Assembly (NCBI GenBank): GCA_951406725.2
Contig: OX597823.1
Location: forward strand, 58,776,001 to 58,840,000
Length of the DNA stretch: 64,000 bases
Source of the DNA: Octopus vulgaris
Taxonomy: Eukaryota
Direction of reading: 5' to 3'
Part shown: positions 40,908 through 55,299 of the stretch, in pieces
Position numbering within the stretch: position 1 is the first letter of the stretch
Layout of the letters: every line of letters begins with the position of its first letter
The notes under the pieces: generated by a model
Database searches by the model: none
The model's input: the letters and a program-made list of their open reading frames with translations, nothing else
Told to the model about the DNA's origin: nothing
Position numbers and translations under genes: made by a program

Positions 40908-41052
40908 AAATTCAATTATCCGCACCAACGCACGGTTGCAACACCATATGGTTGTACCTCCAACCGTGCTGTCTTCTGCTGTGATTTTTGCTACCAAGGT
41001 ATCGGTTAAACTTTTGATTAATCTGCAACAAGATTATTCATCTTTCTATTTC

Positions 41053-41132
<80 letters not shown>

Positions 41133-42112
41133 ATAAAAATTGACAATACAATAAAAGTTAATGTTTTAAGTCTTAGTTTTGTAAACAAATACTACAATAT
41201 CACATAAGCATTTTATAATGTTTCTTTTCTGGAAACTCGCCGCGTACCAGCAGCTGATGGCTCTCGGACCGGCACCGGTGTGTGGATCACCACTTTGAGT
41301 AGTAGTGGCCTACAGGATTATCAACCGTAGCACTAAGATGTTCACTTTAAAAATATCCGAAAAATGAAAATGACGAATATATTTTATTCAGACAACTAAA
41401 TTTCATCTTTTGAATTAATGTATATTTTCAACAGTAATATGAAAACTGTGTTTTGGACGGTTTCATCTGCAATCGTCTTCTGCTCCGTTATTCCTCTTGA
41501 TACGCACAGACGTGGATGTAAGATATTCCTCGATTGAAATAACAAGCGTGTCCATGTATCTAGAAGTTTGCTTCCGGTTTGACGACGTCGTTCGTATTCT
41601 TGCTCTGTGCGCTGTGAGTTATCGTTTTTATTGTTGAAAGCCATGTAATTATTGTAAAGTATTGTTGGAAACTGTTATTTTGAACTATTGCCTGTTTGCA
41701 TGCTTTGTTGAACTATTTTATTGTACGGTATTCCAGGGAATAGTAAAATTTCTGTGGCCATTTGGCATTTGTTCATTTGTGGAGTACATTTTTATAATTT
41801 AGCCTTTGTAGGCATTGTTGAACTGCGCTCCGCTCCCAAACGAGGGTGAAGTTTAAACTGTTGTTCCTCTCGAAAGGAAGCAATTTTTGATCAGGAAAAA
41901 AGAGACAAAACGGAAACCTATAATTATTTTCTTTTGATAAAAACCCTGTTTTTTCAGCCGTTTTTTTTTATTTGGCTTCATTGAGCTGCGCCCCTCCCCT
42001 TGACAGGGATGAGTTTGAACTTATTGCATGTTAAAAGGAATAAAGAAATTTGGAATTTTGTAAGGAAACCTGTTGTTTTTTTTGGGTGCTTTTTATCCCG
42101 ATCGAAATGTAG

Positions 42113-42690
42113 GTGGAGATAATAAGGGGGAAATGCTCTCTCGAAGAGAGTGATGCTTTGAAGGTTAACCAGCCTTCAAAACAAGTCACCACTATACAGC
42201 CTTCAAAACAAGTCACCACTATGCAACCTTCAAAACAAGTCGCCGCTATACAAACGGAAGATCCCACTGGGTTCCTTGAGGTCCCACTGGTGGGGGGACC
42301 GCCAGGAAATGTTCAAAAGAATTACAGAGGAGGAGGGCGATGTAAAAATATCGCCTCTCACTTACACAACAGAGAAGATTAAAAAACGTTCTGTTCCAAA
42401 GAAAAAAGATGAAACATGGACCAGAAGAAAACTGAAAAATGCCTGGCACCCATATGGAATGATATTATTTACGTAACAAGAGGAAGGAAATTTGGCACAA
42501 TAGAAGCCAGATTTAGGACAGAGAAGGCCCGCAAGCACTCTATCAGTCCGTTGTAGACGAGGGAAGTGTTGCTTCTGCCAACCTTTATGTTACTTAACAG
42601 GGAAGACAAAATTAACGTTCTATAAGTAACGCTCTGCCCTACAAAATTGGCTCGGGCAGAGCATCGCGGCCATTATTCAAGCGGTAGCAG
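42113..42690 (+). mobile_element. Possible degenerate LINE ORF1-like fragment with a 27-bp tandem repeat
   Basis: Three copies of CAGCCTTCAAAACAAGTCACCACTATA (42170-42250, QPSKQVTTI), followed by protein-like LAPIWNDIIYVTRGRKFGTIEARFRTE. The family assignment is a guess. Confidence 0.3.
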
Positions 42691-42699
42691 AAGGTCTAG

Positions 42700-43085
42700 A
42701 AAGGACTCGCGTGAAACCTTGGGAAAGTGTCTTCTAATATAGTCTCGGCTGACCAAAGCCTTGTGAGTGGATTTGGTAGAGGGGAAACTGAAAGAAGCCT
42801 GTTGTATATAAATAGATGTGTGTGTGTGTGTGTGTGTGTGTGTTTGTGTATGTATGTATTCGTCTGTTTGTGTCTCTGTGTCTGTGTGTGCTTCCCATCA
42901 CCGTTTGACAACCGGTGTTCGTGTGTTTACGTCCCCGAAACATAGCGGTTCGGCAAAAGTGACCGACAGAATAAGTACTCATCTTAACAAATAAGTCCTG
43001 GAGGGGATTTGTTCAGCGAAAACACTTTAAGGTGATCTTCTAGTACGAGCGCATTCAGATGACTGAAACAAGGGAAAGAATGAAA
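42700..43085 (+). mobile_element. SINE family B (5' truncated)
   Basis: ACCTTGGGAAAGTGTCTTCT..GCCTTGTGAGTGGATTTGGTAGA, internal (TG)n, tail GACTGAAACAAG. Confidence 0.85.
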
Positions 43086-43984
43086 GATTATATACATACA
43101 TAGATTTGAAACCAAGAACTTTAGGTTGATAGTCAAGTTCTTCAGCCACTTCATTGTTACTTGGTGTATGTGTGCGAGAGTAATGCTTGTGCTTTCATAA
43201 ACATGTTTCTACGAATGAAAATATATTGGGATCTGTATGCTCATATATATGTATGTGGGTGCATGTAGAGATATATATGTGTATGCATTTAGATATTTAT
43301 ATATATTTGTGTATGTGTGTCTGTGTATACATACGTGCACGTGTGTATGAATGAATGAACATATATAATTTATATACACATATGTCTTTTGCTGTACATA
43401 CAAGTATATATGATGAATGTAAATTTATATGCTCATGTTTAGATATACTTTGTAACACCGATATTTTAATTGTTATATCTTAGAAATTTTTGTTTCTTTT
43501 CGTTTCATTTCATTTTATATTTTGCTTAATTTTCAGGAAATGATCAAAGGATATAATTGGTTTAGAAATATCTTCTGATTTTAGCTAGATATAAATTGAG
43601 CTGTTAGTTTCACACCACATTATAACTACACTCGCAACATACTATCACCTTACCCCATCACACCACACTAGACCGTATTATACTAATCACATCACTCCAC
43701 ACTTGATCAAATCAGAGCGCAACACATGACAACGCACTACACGACTTCTTGCTTTTTATGTACTACTTCACATTTCATCTCATCACACGACTATCTTATT
43801 AGACCATGCTGAGATCAACTAAATCGTAACGCACCATATCACTTCACGACACAAATCGCTGCATCCGAAAACACAACACGGGCCATTGAAGAAGCCTCTA
43901 CGTGGTCACTCTCCCTCTGCATGTGTGTGTGTGTGTGTGTATGTCAGTGTGTTAGAAATAGCGACCAAATATTCTTCAGATTAA

Positions 43985-44510
43985 TATTGATTTCAAATTT
44001 TGGCACAGGGCCAGCAATTTCGAGGAGGGGGTAAGTCGATTATATCGACACAGCACTCAACTGGTACATATTTTATCGACCCCAAAAGGATGAAAGGCAA
44101 AGTATATTTCGGCGGCGTTTGAACAGCTCGCCGTATGCATATTAATATTCTTCAAATTAATAGTGGTTTCAAATTTTGGCACAAGGCCAGCACTTTTAGA
44201 GGAGGGGTAAGTCGATTACATCGATTACATCGACTCCAGTACTCAACCAGTACTTACTTTATCGACCCCAAAAGGATGAAAAGCACAGTCGACTTCGGTA
44301 GCATTTGAACTCAGGATGTGAAGACGGACGAAATGCTGCTATGCATTTCGCCCAGCGTGCTAATGATTTCTGCCAGCTCACTGCCTTCAAATTAATATTC
44401 AAATTTATATTCTTTTCAAATTTTGGCACAAGGCCTCCAATTTTCGGATAAGGGATAAGTCGATTATGTCGACCCCAGAGCTCAACGGGTACTTATTTTA
44501 TCGACCCGGG
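43985..44510 (-). mobile_element. Three tandem SINE family A copies or fragments
   Basis: TTTCAAATTTTGGCACA..TAAGTCGATTA starts at ~43991, ~44167 and ~44414. Confidence 0.8.
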
Positions 44511-44729
44511 AATGGATTCATCAAATTAATATTTACACTTTAAGTATGAAGTTAACGGCATCAAAACTGACCGATCTCGGATGGCCTGCAAAAGTTAAAA
44601 GCACTAATTTATCGTAAACAAAAGCACACCCTACCTCATAGAAAATGATGGCAATTATGGAGACAATAGGTTGTGGGTGACTGAAATGCATTTCAACATA
44701 GGTTTGTTTAATTAGGGCAAGACAATATC

Positions 44730-45062
44730 CCAGCTATAATGCGGCCCGGCAAAAGAATCCAATAGAATAAATACTAGGCTTTCAAAAAACAAGTTTGGAG
44801 GTCGACTTTTTCGAGTAAAACTCTTGAAGGTGGTACTCCAGCATTGTCGCACTCAAATGACTAAAAGAAATAAGAGAATAAGAGAATATATATATATATA
44901 TATATATACTGTGGGCTCCATTCAGTTTCCATCTGTCAAATCCAGCCAGAAGGCTTTTGACGGTCCGAGACTGTAGCAGAGGACACTTGCTCAAGGTGCT
45001 ACACGGGGGAACTGTTCCCGGAACCATGTGTTTTGGAAGTGAACTTCTTACCACACAGCCAC
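44730..45062. mobile_element. SINE family B halves in opposite orientation around (TA)n
   Basis: 3' half on + (44730-44887), 5' half on - (44908-45062). Confidence 0.6.
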
Positions 45063-46481
45063 GTCTTTGCCTTAATAGTGATGGTGGAGGTGGTAGCAGT
45101 GATGGAAATGTTGACGGTTGGATATGATGCTGAAGATGAGGAGGAAGAGAATGATGGTGACTGGTGTAAATTATCTCTTATTTTAGTACCGTGCTGTGAA
45201 CTTAATCTGTTCCCCAATTTTGCAACATCAACATCTAGCAAGCCTTGAATATCTTTCAACAGAATCTACTAGCATTTGGACTAGTCTCCGTCCTGAATAT
45301 TACTCTTAATGATATCACTTTTATAGACTGTGCAAGAGATGTCGCTTGCTATCTTTGCTCTCCTGATTAAGACTTACTAATTACCAATGATCATCGATGT
45401 TTAATGGTTTTAAAAGATTGTAACAAACCTGCTCAGATTGTTCAGTGAAGACTAAATTTACTTCGTTCAGTTGTTTGCGATGTTCATATGTTTTTATGTT
45501 CTTTTGGTCGGTCAGACCTGGTTCAGCCTGGTTTGATTTGGTTTTGGTTTGGCTTGATTATTTAACTTCACGTGTGTTCTACCTTTCTGTGTCGTATATG
45601 AATACTGTACTAAGTCAACCAGCCAATAAGCAAATGAAAAATCAATTTCTACTCAGTCTCTCAACCTGCTAGATATAGCAGTCACAACCCCACAAAACAA
45701 ATGAAACGGATCAGACATTCCATAATGTAGTGCTAGATTGACTATGTCTAAACACAAGACCGTATCATTACTGTAGGAACTCTTGAATTGTGATCTTCTC
45801 AATCAGAGCTTAGCCAAGACTAATCGACAGCAACGGCAACCTAAAAAAATGAAGAAATAATCGCCACTCTATCCCAGAGACATGTAAAAACATTCATTAT
45901 GGTATGCATTATATTTTCACATACATACTTAGATTTTTAATCAATTTATTGGTCTAAACTGGTTTCAACACTCACGGAATTTTTGGGAACCAATTAACCA
46001 GTAGAAGTATGTTTCATTCTATTAGAACGGTTCTAATTTAAATGTGAAAAGCTTTCTCTAGATTGTTTGATATACTTTGTTTTAGCATTATGCACCAGTC
46101 GTTATCGATATCTGATTAGATTTAATCCTGTTGCGTTTTGTTTAAACCGATATGAACTATTTTCTATTTTATTTTATTGCCACCGATGTAAACTGGTTTG
46201 ATGTAAATTGGGTTTGTTTAAATAGTTTTAATTTGATCCGGTTTCTGCCAGCTTTTCTTTTTCATTTTGATTTATTTAGAACAGATCGTGATTAGGAAAT
46301 TTGATTAGGAAATTTGATTTTCAAAATTTACTGCATACTAATGAGAAATCGCAAATTTTGTAAAATCACAATACAATCAACCAAAGTCATCAGAATTACT
46401 TTCATGTGGCATCGCTTATCAAGTAAAATAAAAAGGATTGCATTTAGACATAACCAAACTTCCCCTGAACGAGCAGCTGAT

Positions 46482-46684
46482 ATCCTCTTTTACTCTTTTA
46501 CTTGTTTCAGTCATTTTGACTGCGGGTATGCTGGATCACCGCCTTTAGTCCAGCAAATCTACCCCAGGACTTATTCTTTGTAAGCCTAGTACTTATTTTA
46601 TCGGTCTCTTTTGCCGAACCGCTAAGTTACGGAGACGTGAACACACCAGCAACAGTTGTCAAGCGATGCTGGAGGGACACACAA

Positions 46685-46719
<35 letters not shown>

Positions 46720-46856
46720 CATATATATATATATACGGCGGGCTTCTTTCAGTTTCCGTCTACCAATTCCACTCACAAGGCTTTGGTCGGCCCGAGGCTA
46801 TGGTAGAAGACACTTGCCCAAGGTGCCACGCAGTGGGATTGAACCCGGAACCATGT
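46482..46856 (-). mobile_element. SINE family B (5' truncated)
   Basis: Near-consensus sequence; the junction segment GGAACCAT.TTA.AGAATTAACGA is duplicated. Confidence 0.9.
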
Positions 46857-47279
46857 TATAGAATTAACGAACCTGGAACCATATTACAGAATTAACGAGT
46901 GTTTTGAAGACATACATTATGGAATCGTAAAGCTTCCAGTAGATAAATTCCATCGAAGAAAGTTATAATGCTGATGAAACTTCTATAAGCTTAAATATAC
47001 TTGGGCTAAGCTGACGTTTTGTTATAGTAAGACTCTTCGTAGGGCGCATGTGGTTTATCTGGTAGCAAGAGAGCGATTAGAGAACCGCAGTTCTGGGCAG
47101 AAAGTCTGTATTAGAGCATGTTGTGCTAAATGCACCCAAGAACCTCGAGAAAGCGGGATATTTTTAAAGTCTAAGACAGAGGGGCAAATATAGTTAAAGT
47201 AACGTGTTCCCTAAAATTTTCCTTTACCAAATTTCACCCAATCCAAGAGCATGACAGAATACACCAACACACATACACA

Positions 47280-47342
<63 letters not shown>

Positions 47343-47399
47343 GCACAAACGCATACACACATACACATATTTGTTTGAGTGACTTGCCCGAACCAATGC

Positions 47400-47710
47400 A
47401 ACTCTTCCACGCCAGATGTTGCGATCTTACATTGCAGAATTCGCATCCTTTAAAGCTGATATTCGGTGTCTTCCACTAGTTGATCGATATATGCACTTCT
47501 TGGTCTGTAAGCTATACGTCGATGCATGAGTTTCTATCGAAGGAGATCGCATCTCATCGTTGCTTCTCCAGTAGTGTCTTGCAAAATATGGTCTTCTTTG
47601 TTTGAGTACCGAGGGCAAGGCAGGAAAGGCTGCTGTACCGTCGCAACTTTATAGGGTGTTGCTCCCAAGAAAGAGTGAGAATTACAAGAAGATTGAGAAC
47701 TGTGCTAAAA
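47400..47710 (-). mobile_element. RTE-type LINE 3' coding fragment
   Basis: LSWEQHP..VLKQRRPYFARHYWRS..AM*DRNIWR resembles the RTE C-terminus. Confidence 0.65.
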
Positions 47711-47714
47711 GTGT

Positions 47715-48150
47715 GGCACAGGGCTAGCAGTCTTTGATCGAAAGGCGGTGGGATGGGGAGCAATTCGATTATATCAACCTCAATTATTTAAAGGCGACGA
47801 GCTGGCAGAAACGTTAGCGCGCCGGGCGAAATGCCTAGCGGTATTTCGTCTGTCGTTACGTTCTGAGTTCAAATTCCGCCGAGGTCGACTTTGCCTTTCA
47901 TCCTCTCGACTTAATCCCTTTGTCTGTCCTTGTTTGTCCCCTCTATGTTTAGCCCCTTGTGGGTAGTAAAGAAATATATATCAACCTCAGTACTTGACTA
48001 GTATTATGTTATCAACATCGAAAGGATAAAAAGTGATAAAAAAGATAAAATACTGACCTCCACGGAGTTTGATCCCATATCGTAAAGACGAACGAAACGC
48101 TGATAAGTATTGTCGTCGGAACGCTAACGATTCTGTCAGCTCGCCGGCTT
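47715..48150. mobile_element. Old SINE A (-) with a young SINE A (+) nested at ~47790-47975
   Basis: TSD TATATCAACCTCA on both sides of the inner copy. Confidence 0.85.
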
Positions 48151-48504
48151 ATTCACTTTTGTATGTTAAAATATTCATATCAATTCAATACCGACATTAT
48201 ATTTAACGAGTAAATTTTATTGCAAAAGTTGCCGCATGTAGATGTACTTTAAATACGTGTAGCAATTTGTTTTCATTAGGTGCTTCACAAATGTATCAAG
48301 TGTATTCTTCGTAACAGTTGAATAATGCAGTGGAATGGTATTTTCTGTATGCTCTCTGTGTGTCTTGCGTCCTGTTGTTAATTTTTTTATTGCTATGCAT
48401 CAGTTTCTTATTATCATTCCCAAAGGTATATTTTGATAAGGAAATTTGTTTCTGTTTACAATTCTCAGATTCTAGTAATCTCTCTTGATCTCTATATCAT
48501 TTCT

Positions 48505-48915
48505 CTGTTTCTTGTTTCAGTCATTAGACTGTGATCATGTAGGGGTACCGCCTTGCGCAATTTTAGTCGGAGGAATCGATCCAAGTACATTTATATGTTT
48601 TAAATCCTGGTACTAATTTTATCGGCTTTCTCTTCGCCAAACCGCTAATTTACGGGGACGTAAACGTACCAACACCGGTTGATAGCGGTGGTGCTGAACA
48701 AACATAGACACAAAGATACATTCACATTCACTAACAAACACACACATGCATGTACGACGGGCTTCTTTCAGTTTCCATCTACCAAATCCACTCACAAGGC
48801 TGTGGTTGGCCCGAAGCTATAGTACAAGACACTTGTTCAAGATGCCATGCAGTAGGACTGAACCCAGAACCATGTGACTGGGAAGCAAACTTACTACACT
48901 ACCACTGCTGCGCCT
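48505..48915 (-). mobile_element. SINE family B
   Basis: Full head and tail of family B, diverged. Confidence 0.85.
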
Positions 48916-49283
48916 GAATACCTTTAATCATGCATACACACCCAGTCTGACTAGCGAGTGCCTTTCGGAGAATTCTGGAGGTAAACACTAGTATTAAGCA
49001 TTGGAAGAAAGTGAGTTGGTTTGTAGAGAGGATGCGTAAAACTGGTAAAATTGTTACTGTTCCGGATAAAACGGTTAGCAGCATTTCATCAGTTCTGAAT
49101 TCAAATACCACCACGATCATATTTGCATTTCGTCTTTCTAGCTGGGTAAAATAAGTGCCAGTCAAGTACTGACGTCGATTACATCGACCACGCGCCTTCC
49201 CTTCAAAAACTGCTGCTCCGCTAGCAAAGATTGAAACTATTCTTCTTCTTCTTCTTCTTCTTCTTCTTCTTCTTCTTCTTCTT

Positions 49284-49314
<31 letters not shown>

Positions 49315-49317
49315 TTA

Positions 49318-49418
<101 letters not shown>

Positions 49419-49435
49419 CATCATTATTATTATTG

Positions 49436-49837
49436 CCTTTGCACAGCTCCTAAAGCTGGAGATGTACTACGGTGTCAACTGTTCACTACCAGTGAACTAA
49501 GGTAAAACCTCTTCTTTATGCCTATTTCCTCTATCCATCTGTTCAATACTTTAGGGATAGTCTCCAATGCACCTATAGCTACTGGGATACATTTTACCCA
49601 CACTTTCATAGTCTCTGTAATTTAATAGCTAGGTCCTGGTACTTTAATATTTTTCTATACCTCTCATATTGATTTTTTCATCATTTGGGATTATAGTCTA
49701 TTATCTAGCACTTTCTATTCTCTTTATCTACCACTACTAAATAATGCGTTCTAGCTTCTATTACTCTGTCGGTCTGAATGTTAAAGTCCCAGAACATTTT
49801 GTATTTCTTACTTTCTAGTACTTTACTAGGTTCATGT

Positions 49838-49840
<3 letters not shown>
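49436..49840 (-). mobile_element. Dong-like RLE 3' fragment between TTA arrays
   Basis: HEPSKVLES..FWDFNIQTDRVIEAR; the 3' UTR is nearly identical to 32131-32207. Confidence 0.8.
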
Positions 49841-49907
<67 letters not shown>

Positions 49908-50003
49908 GATTATTATTATTATGATTATAATTATTATTATTATTATTATTAGCATTATTATTATCATCATTTTTATTATTATTATTATTATCATTATTAT
50001 TAT

Positions 50004-50917
50004 TCAGTGACAGATCAGTGTATGCCTTCAAAGTGCCACTGGGGTAAAACATACGAATCGCAGTATACTCATCATGACTACGCTTTTGATAAGGGTACAT
50101 CGGGCATATGCATCACAACCATATGTACGCGACATGGTGATCTCATATCAAAATTTCCGTCTGGTCGAGTAGCTCATCCCGCTCGCGAATTTTTTTCCCC
50201 ACGTGAGTTCCAGACATCAGTAATGAATTCATTTGCATACAACCTACAGGTGCTCACCTTGACCTTGTTGTCAAGTAAACAAAGGTTGTTGCTGATGGCA
50301 GAAATCGTATTGGTGCTGGCAGACCGTTGAAGGATTGTTTAAAAAGTGTGAAAGAAAAGTAGCTTTTTAGCTCTCAGATTATGCCTAACAAGAACAAACA
50401 TTATTAAAAGAGAAAAAAAACATGGTTATTCCTTATCCAAGTGACCTTATCTTATTGCCCATCACTTGTTATGCGCTCATAAATTGGTTTGATAGTTGAG
50501 CTCTGATTAGCTGTATACAAACGAGTTCATAACTGGGGTTCGGAATTCTCGTGGGGAAAAAATTTTGCATCGCGCTCAAAAGGTTCCTGAATAAGAGTCA
50601 TTTAAGAATGTTGAACGAAACACCTATGTTTCCAGACGTGAATTATCAAAACCTTATAAAATTCCTCTCAAATTATTGTTATGATGCTCTTCCACTACTT
50701 CTGCTTCTGATCAGAGATGCACATATCGTCAGCCACTAACGAACATGCCCAGCTGGTTATGATCCAAGATCTAACAACCAATTCTGTGGTATTGAGCAGA
50801 ATATTTGTTGTAGCCGATCCTTTACACCAACACAAAACAATGTACATGATAACACTTCCAATCAGTTAAGATCAGAAGCTATGAGAGCCACTACCTGTTA
50901 CTGCATCAGGGCATTTA
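50004..50917 (-). mobile_element. Third copy of the TAA-associated ~560-bp element, interrupted by a MITE
   Basis: Aligns to 30863-31424 once 50185-50577 is removed. Confidence 0.75.
50185..50568. mobile_element. MULE-like MITE
   Basis: ~60-bp imperfect TIRs (AATTTTTTTCCCCACG / CGTGGGGAAAAAATT) and a 9-bp TSD ATCCCGCTC/ATCGCGCTC. The empty site is seen in paralogs at ~31077 and ~32035. Confidence 0.75.
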
Positions 50918-50935
50918 TCATCATCATCATCAATA

Positions 50936-51008
<73 letters not shown>

Positions 51009-51591
51009 GCAGTGTTCATAATGTAACTCACAGAACTCCAGCAAAATGAGAAGAATGATGCTTTTATTTTATATCGCCATCTGAAGAAGCTGCTAATATT
51101 GCTGCAATAAACATTTATAACCTTATTGTTAACGTAGATTGTAAAAATATCCCAGCACCCTTAGTTTGAAATTAATGTTTATACTGTATCCTGGTGTTTG
51201 CATTTGACTACATCACTATTTTCATTATACGGCTGTTTTGTTTATATATTAGAAACAGCATAGAACTTGAAAATTTCAATAATGGATATCTCTTTACCAT
51301 GACTGAATTGCATCTTTGAGAAAAGATAAATGTGTAAGCACCAAACTTCATTTAGATTTCTCATGCTGAGATGGTTCTAAATGTGTTTAGGATTTTTATT
51401 TAACTGCTACATCTGTCACTCCTCCACAGACTTCCCACTGAAAAGGCTCTTACTATTACGACCATGCTCGGCCATTCGTTGATTTGCTGTCGTTGCACTT
51501 GTCTTCTTCTTCTTCTTTTTCTTCTTCTTCTTTTTCTTCTTCTTTTTCTTCTTCTTCTTCTTCTTCTTCTTCTCCTCCTCCTCCTTCTTCT

Positions 51592-51626
<35 letters not shown>

Positions 51627-52799
51627 TTCCTCTTCTTTCTCACTTTGTGTTTCTCTTTCACACATATATATATATGCATATATATATGTATGTATATATA
51701 TATATATATATATACATATATACATACGTACTTACATATATGCATACATACATATATATATGTATTATCTTATGTTATATATATATAGGCATACATGTAC
51801 ATATGCATACGCACACAAGCACTTGCACAAACGCACACACTCGTACACACTTGCACACACATACATGTAACTGTATGCTTATATAAATGTACACATATAC
51901 AAATAAAATGTACAGGCTGAAAGCAGGCAGGTAGACAGACTCAAATACGCATACACACGCGCACGCAAACACGCTCATATTACATTTCTCTCTTCAGAGT
52001 TTGTTGCCTTTTGTGGTATCATACTCCTATTATAAGTAGAAACAAACATTTTCATACTCCATGGTTCAGTGTTTTATCATTATCACTATTATTGATATTT
52101 TAGTTGCACTGACCAAGTACTATGCATATCCTCGGAACTATTACTGGGTATAATCCGCATTCGTTCACAGCTTAAATTGATAAAATTCTGAATGCTTCAA
52201 TATATTGTAATACTATTGTAGTGCTGAGAAAAAACATTACACCCGTTTCTACACCATTTGAGTTCATATCCTCTTCAATTGCGTTTGGTTTCCACATGCA
52301 AAGGTTATAATTGGGTATTCATCAATAACAGGTACCAAGGCAATCAAATATATTGCTTTCCCTAAATGGCTGTTTTTCATACTATTCTTTTTTCAAAGAA
52401 TAGTGTGTTCCAACGATGATCGGACCAAATTATTGTATAACATGCACACACACACACACACACACAAACAAACACATATATATTCAAAAAAAATTTCATT
52501 AAAACTTTACTGTCAATTTTATTTATTTGCTATTTACTTCAGTAAAAACCTAAAGTTGGGCAAATTTCAAAATAGAGACAATGCAGAAATCATGATGCCA
52601 AGATTAGGACAACCTTTTAGAATTATGTTACATTTTTTAACCAAATTTAAAATTTATGTCTTGGACAAACTCCTAACATTCTATTGAGAAAGCCCACACC
52701 GTACCAAAATATCCCCATGCTCCACTTTGACAAACAAGGCTGTATACATTTATAGTCTTTTATTCCAATGATACAAAACCTTATTATTATGATTTATTT

Positions 52800-53270
52800 T
52801 AACGCAGAGAGCTAGCGAAATCGTTAACACGTCGGACAAAATGCTTAACGGCATTTCGCCCAATTTTATATTCTGTGTCCAAATGTAGCCGAGGTCGACT
52901 TTGCCTTTCATCCTTTTGTAATGAATAAATTAAATACCTATTTCTTTACTACCCACAAGGGGCTAAGCACAGAGAGGACGAACAAGGACAGACAAACGGT
53001 TTAAGTCGATCATATCGACCCCAGTGCGTAACTGTACTTATTTAATCGACCCCGAAAGGATGAAAGGCAAAGTCGACCTCGGCGGAATTTGGACTCAGAA
53101 AGTAACGGCAGACGAAATACCGCTAAGCATTTCGCCCGGCGCGCTAACGTTCCTGCCAGCTCGCCGCCTTCAATAAATTAAATACCACTGAAGTACTAGG
53201 GTTGATATAATCGACTAGACTATTTTGCCACAAAAATTTCAGGCTTAGTGCCTTTAATACAAATAATTTC
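52800..53270. mobile_element. Old SINE A (+) with a young SINE A (-) nested at 52939-53171
   Basis: Exact 15-bp TSD AATAAATTAAATACC (52924-52938, 53172-53186). Confidence 0.9.
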
Positions 53271-53866
53271 TGGATAATTAAGAGATACACCACTATCAAT
53301 TTAAGATTGATTCAACGTGTTTTTATTACACATATCCCGCCAAGTGGAGATATGGCTTTGTATCATTTACAGCATTTAAAATTTATCTATGAAACTAAGG
53401 TGGCGAATTGGCAAAATCGTTAGCATGCTGGGCAAAATTTGAAATTGATATCTATTAAAGAAACTACTATGAAATCACCATTATTCTTACATAATCAAGA
53501 ACTACAGCGATTTCATTAGGGACCTTTACCAAATATTAAAGAACAAACAAATAGGATCATAAAATGGAAAATATTGTAACTTAAATTAAATAGACGTAAA
53601 CTGATCACAGTGTTTGTACGCATTTCTTAAAGCTGAATACTTTTCATACACCCCTCATATAAGCGACGACTATAATGGCAGAACTTCGGTTCCATTTAAA
53701 AACCCCGATGGCGAATCGATCTTTTGTCGTCATGTGTATTGTACCCTATTGTATTAGTTGTCGACACTTTGTTTAGTTTGTCTGTTTTTTTTGAAGTTTC
53801 ATTCTGTCTTGTAATATTTTACTTCATCATATATATACATACACACATATATATATATATATATAT

Positions 53867-53932
<66 letters not shown>

Positions 53933-54058
53933 TTGTTAAACATTTAACATACTTCCATATGTTGTAGGTCGTCAAACAAAGAATAATTCCAGACTATTGC
54001 CAGATCTAAACAAAAAAATAACGACTACAACAACAGCAACAACAACCACAATAATAAT

Positions 54059-54150
<92 letters not shown>

Positions 54151-54162
54151 CAAATAATAATA

Positions 54163-54236
<74 letters not shown>

Positions 54237-54795
54237 GATGATGATGGTGGTTGAATTAATAAAAAATGACAAGCAAGTGGAAACAGGTTGAATATTAAAA
54301 GCTCTAAAGACATACAAGTTATTCTTTAAGTCGTCATATAGCTGTTTTTCCGCTGTTGATGTGCTATTAATGGTGTGATTGTACTGGCTGTACAAGTAAT
54401 AATAGTTATTACTGTTGATGTTGTTGTTGTTGTTGATGTTATTGATGTTGTTTATATAATTTTTTGTTATTATGTATTATTTGCTGTTTTAAAAAATTCG
54501 GCTTGTTATCTGATGGTTTCGGTAGTTATTCGTTTTTCTTGGAGAGGAAAAAACATGCAAATTTTGATCTGTTGAGAATTACTAAGTAGTACAATAACCC
54601 CCCCCCCCACACACACACATACAAAAAAAAAGCAACAAACAAAAAGTAGAATATACACACGCACACACACGGATACACAAACAGAACAGAGAGTAAATGC
54701 TCAGCAGTTACTCTCACTCATTATATATATATATATATATATACATGTATATAATATGTATATAATATGTATAAAAATATATATGTATATATATG

Positions 54796-54826
<31 letters not shown>

Positions 54827-55242
54827 GTATGTATATATATGATATACATACATATATATATGTACGCACGCATATATTTATGAACATGTGTTTATATGTA
54901 AATGTGTGCGTATGTATGTATGCATATACGTATAGTTATAGTTGCATATGTGAATATCTGCTTACCTGAAAAGCATACGCTGTCAAACGTGTATATATGC
55001 ATGTGTGTATGTGTCTATGTGTCTTTCTGTGAGTATGTGGGTATGTGTGTTTGTATGTGTGTTTGTATGTGTGTTTGTATGTGTGTGTGTACGTGTGTGT
55101 GTGCGCGCATGTGCGGTTTTTGCATATGTTTATTATTACTGGACTTGGCAATAAATACAAAAATGCTTGCAAACCTAAAACGAAAACACGAACGAATATA
55201 TAAGAAAAGAAATCAAAATTATAATACTCACATACACGCATA

Positions 55243-55299
<57 letters not shown>

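Larger units (their letters stand above)
40288..41307. mobile_element. hAT (Charlie-like) non-autonomous element with nested inserts
   Basis: Ends CAGTGCTTCTCAA...TTGAGTAGTAGTG; 8-bp TSD GCCAACAA/GCCTACAG (6/8); subterminal ACCGG motifs. Confidence 0.65.

Noticed and set aside
41396-41644. piggyBac C-terminal cysteine-rich remnant
   Set aside because: Only a vague resemblance; cysteines are mostly absent and no TTAA/TIR was found.
46940-47000. pogo/Tigger transposase (YNADET motif)
   Set aside because: A single short motif with no supporting flanking similarity.
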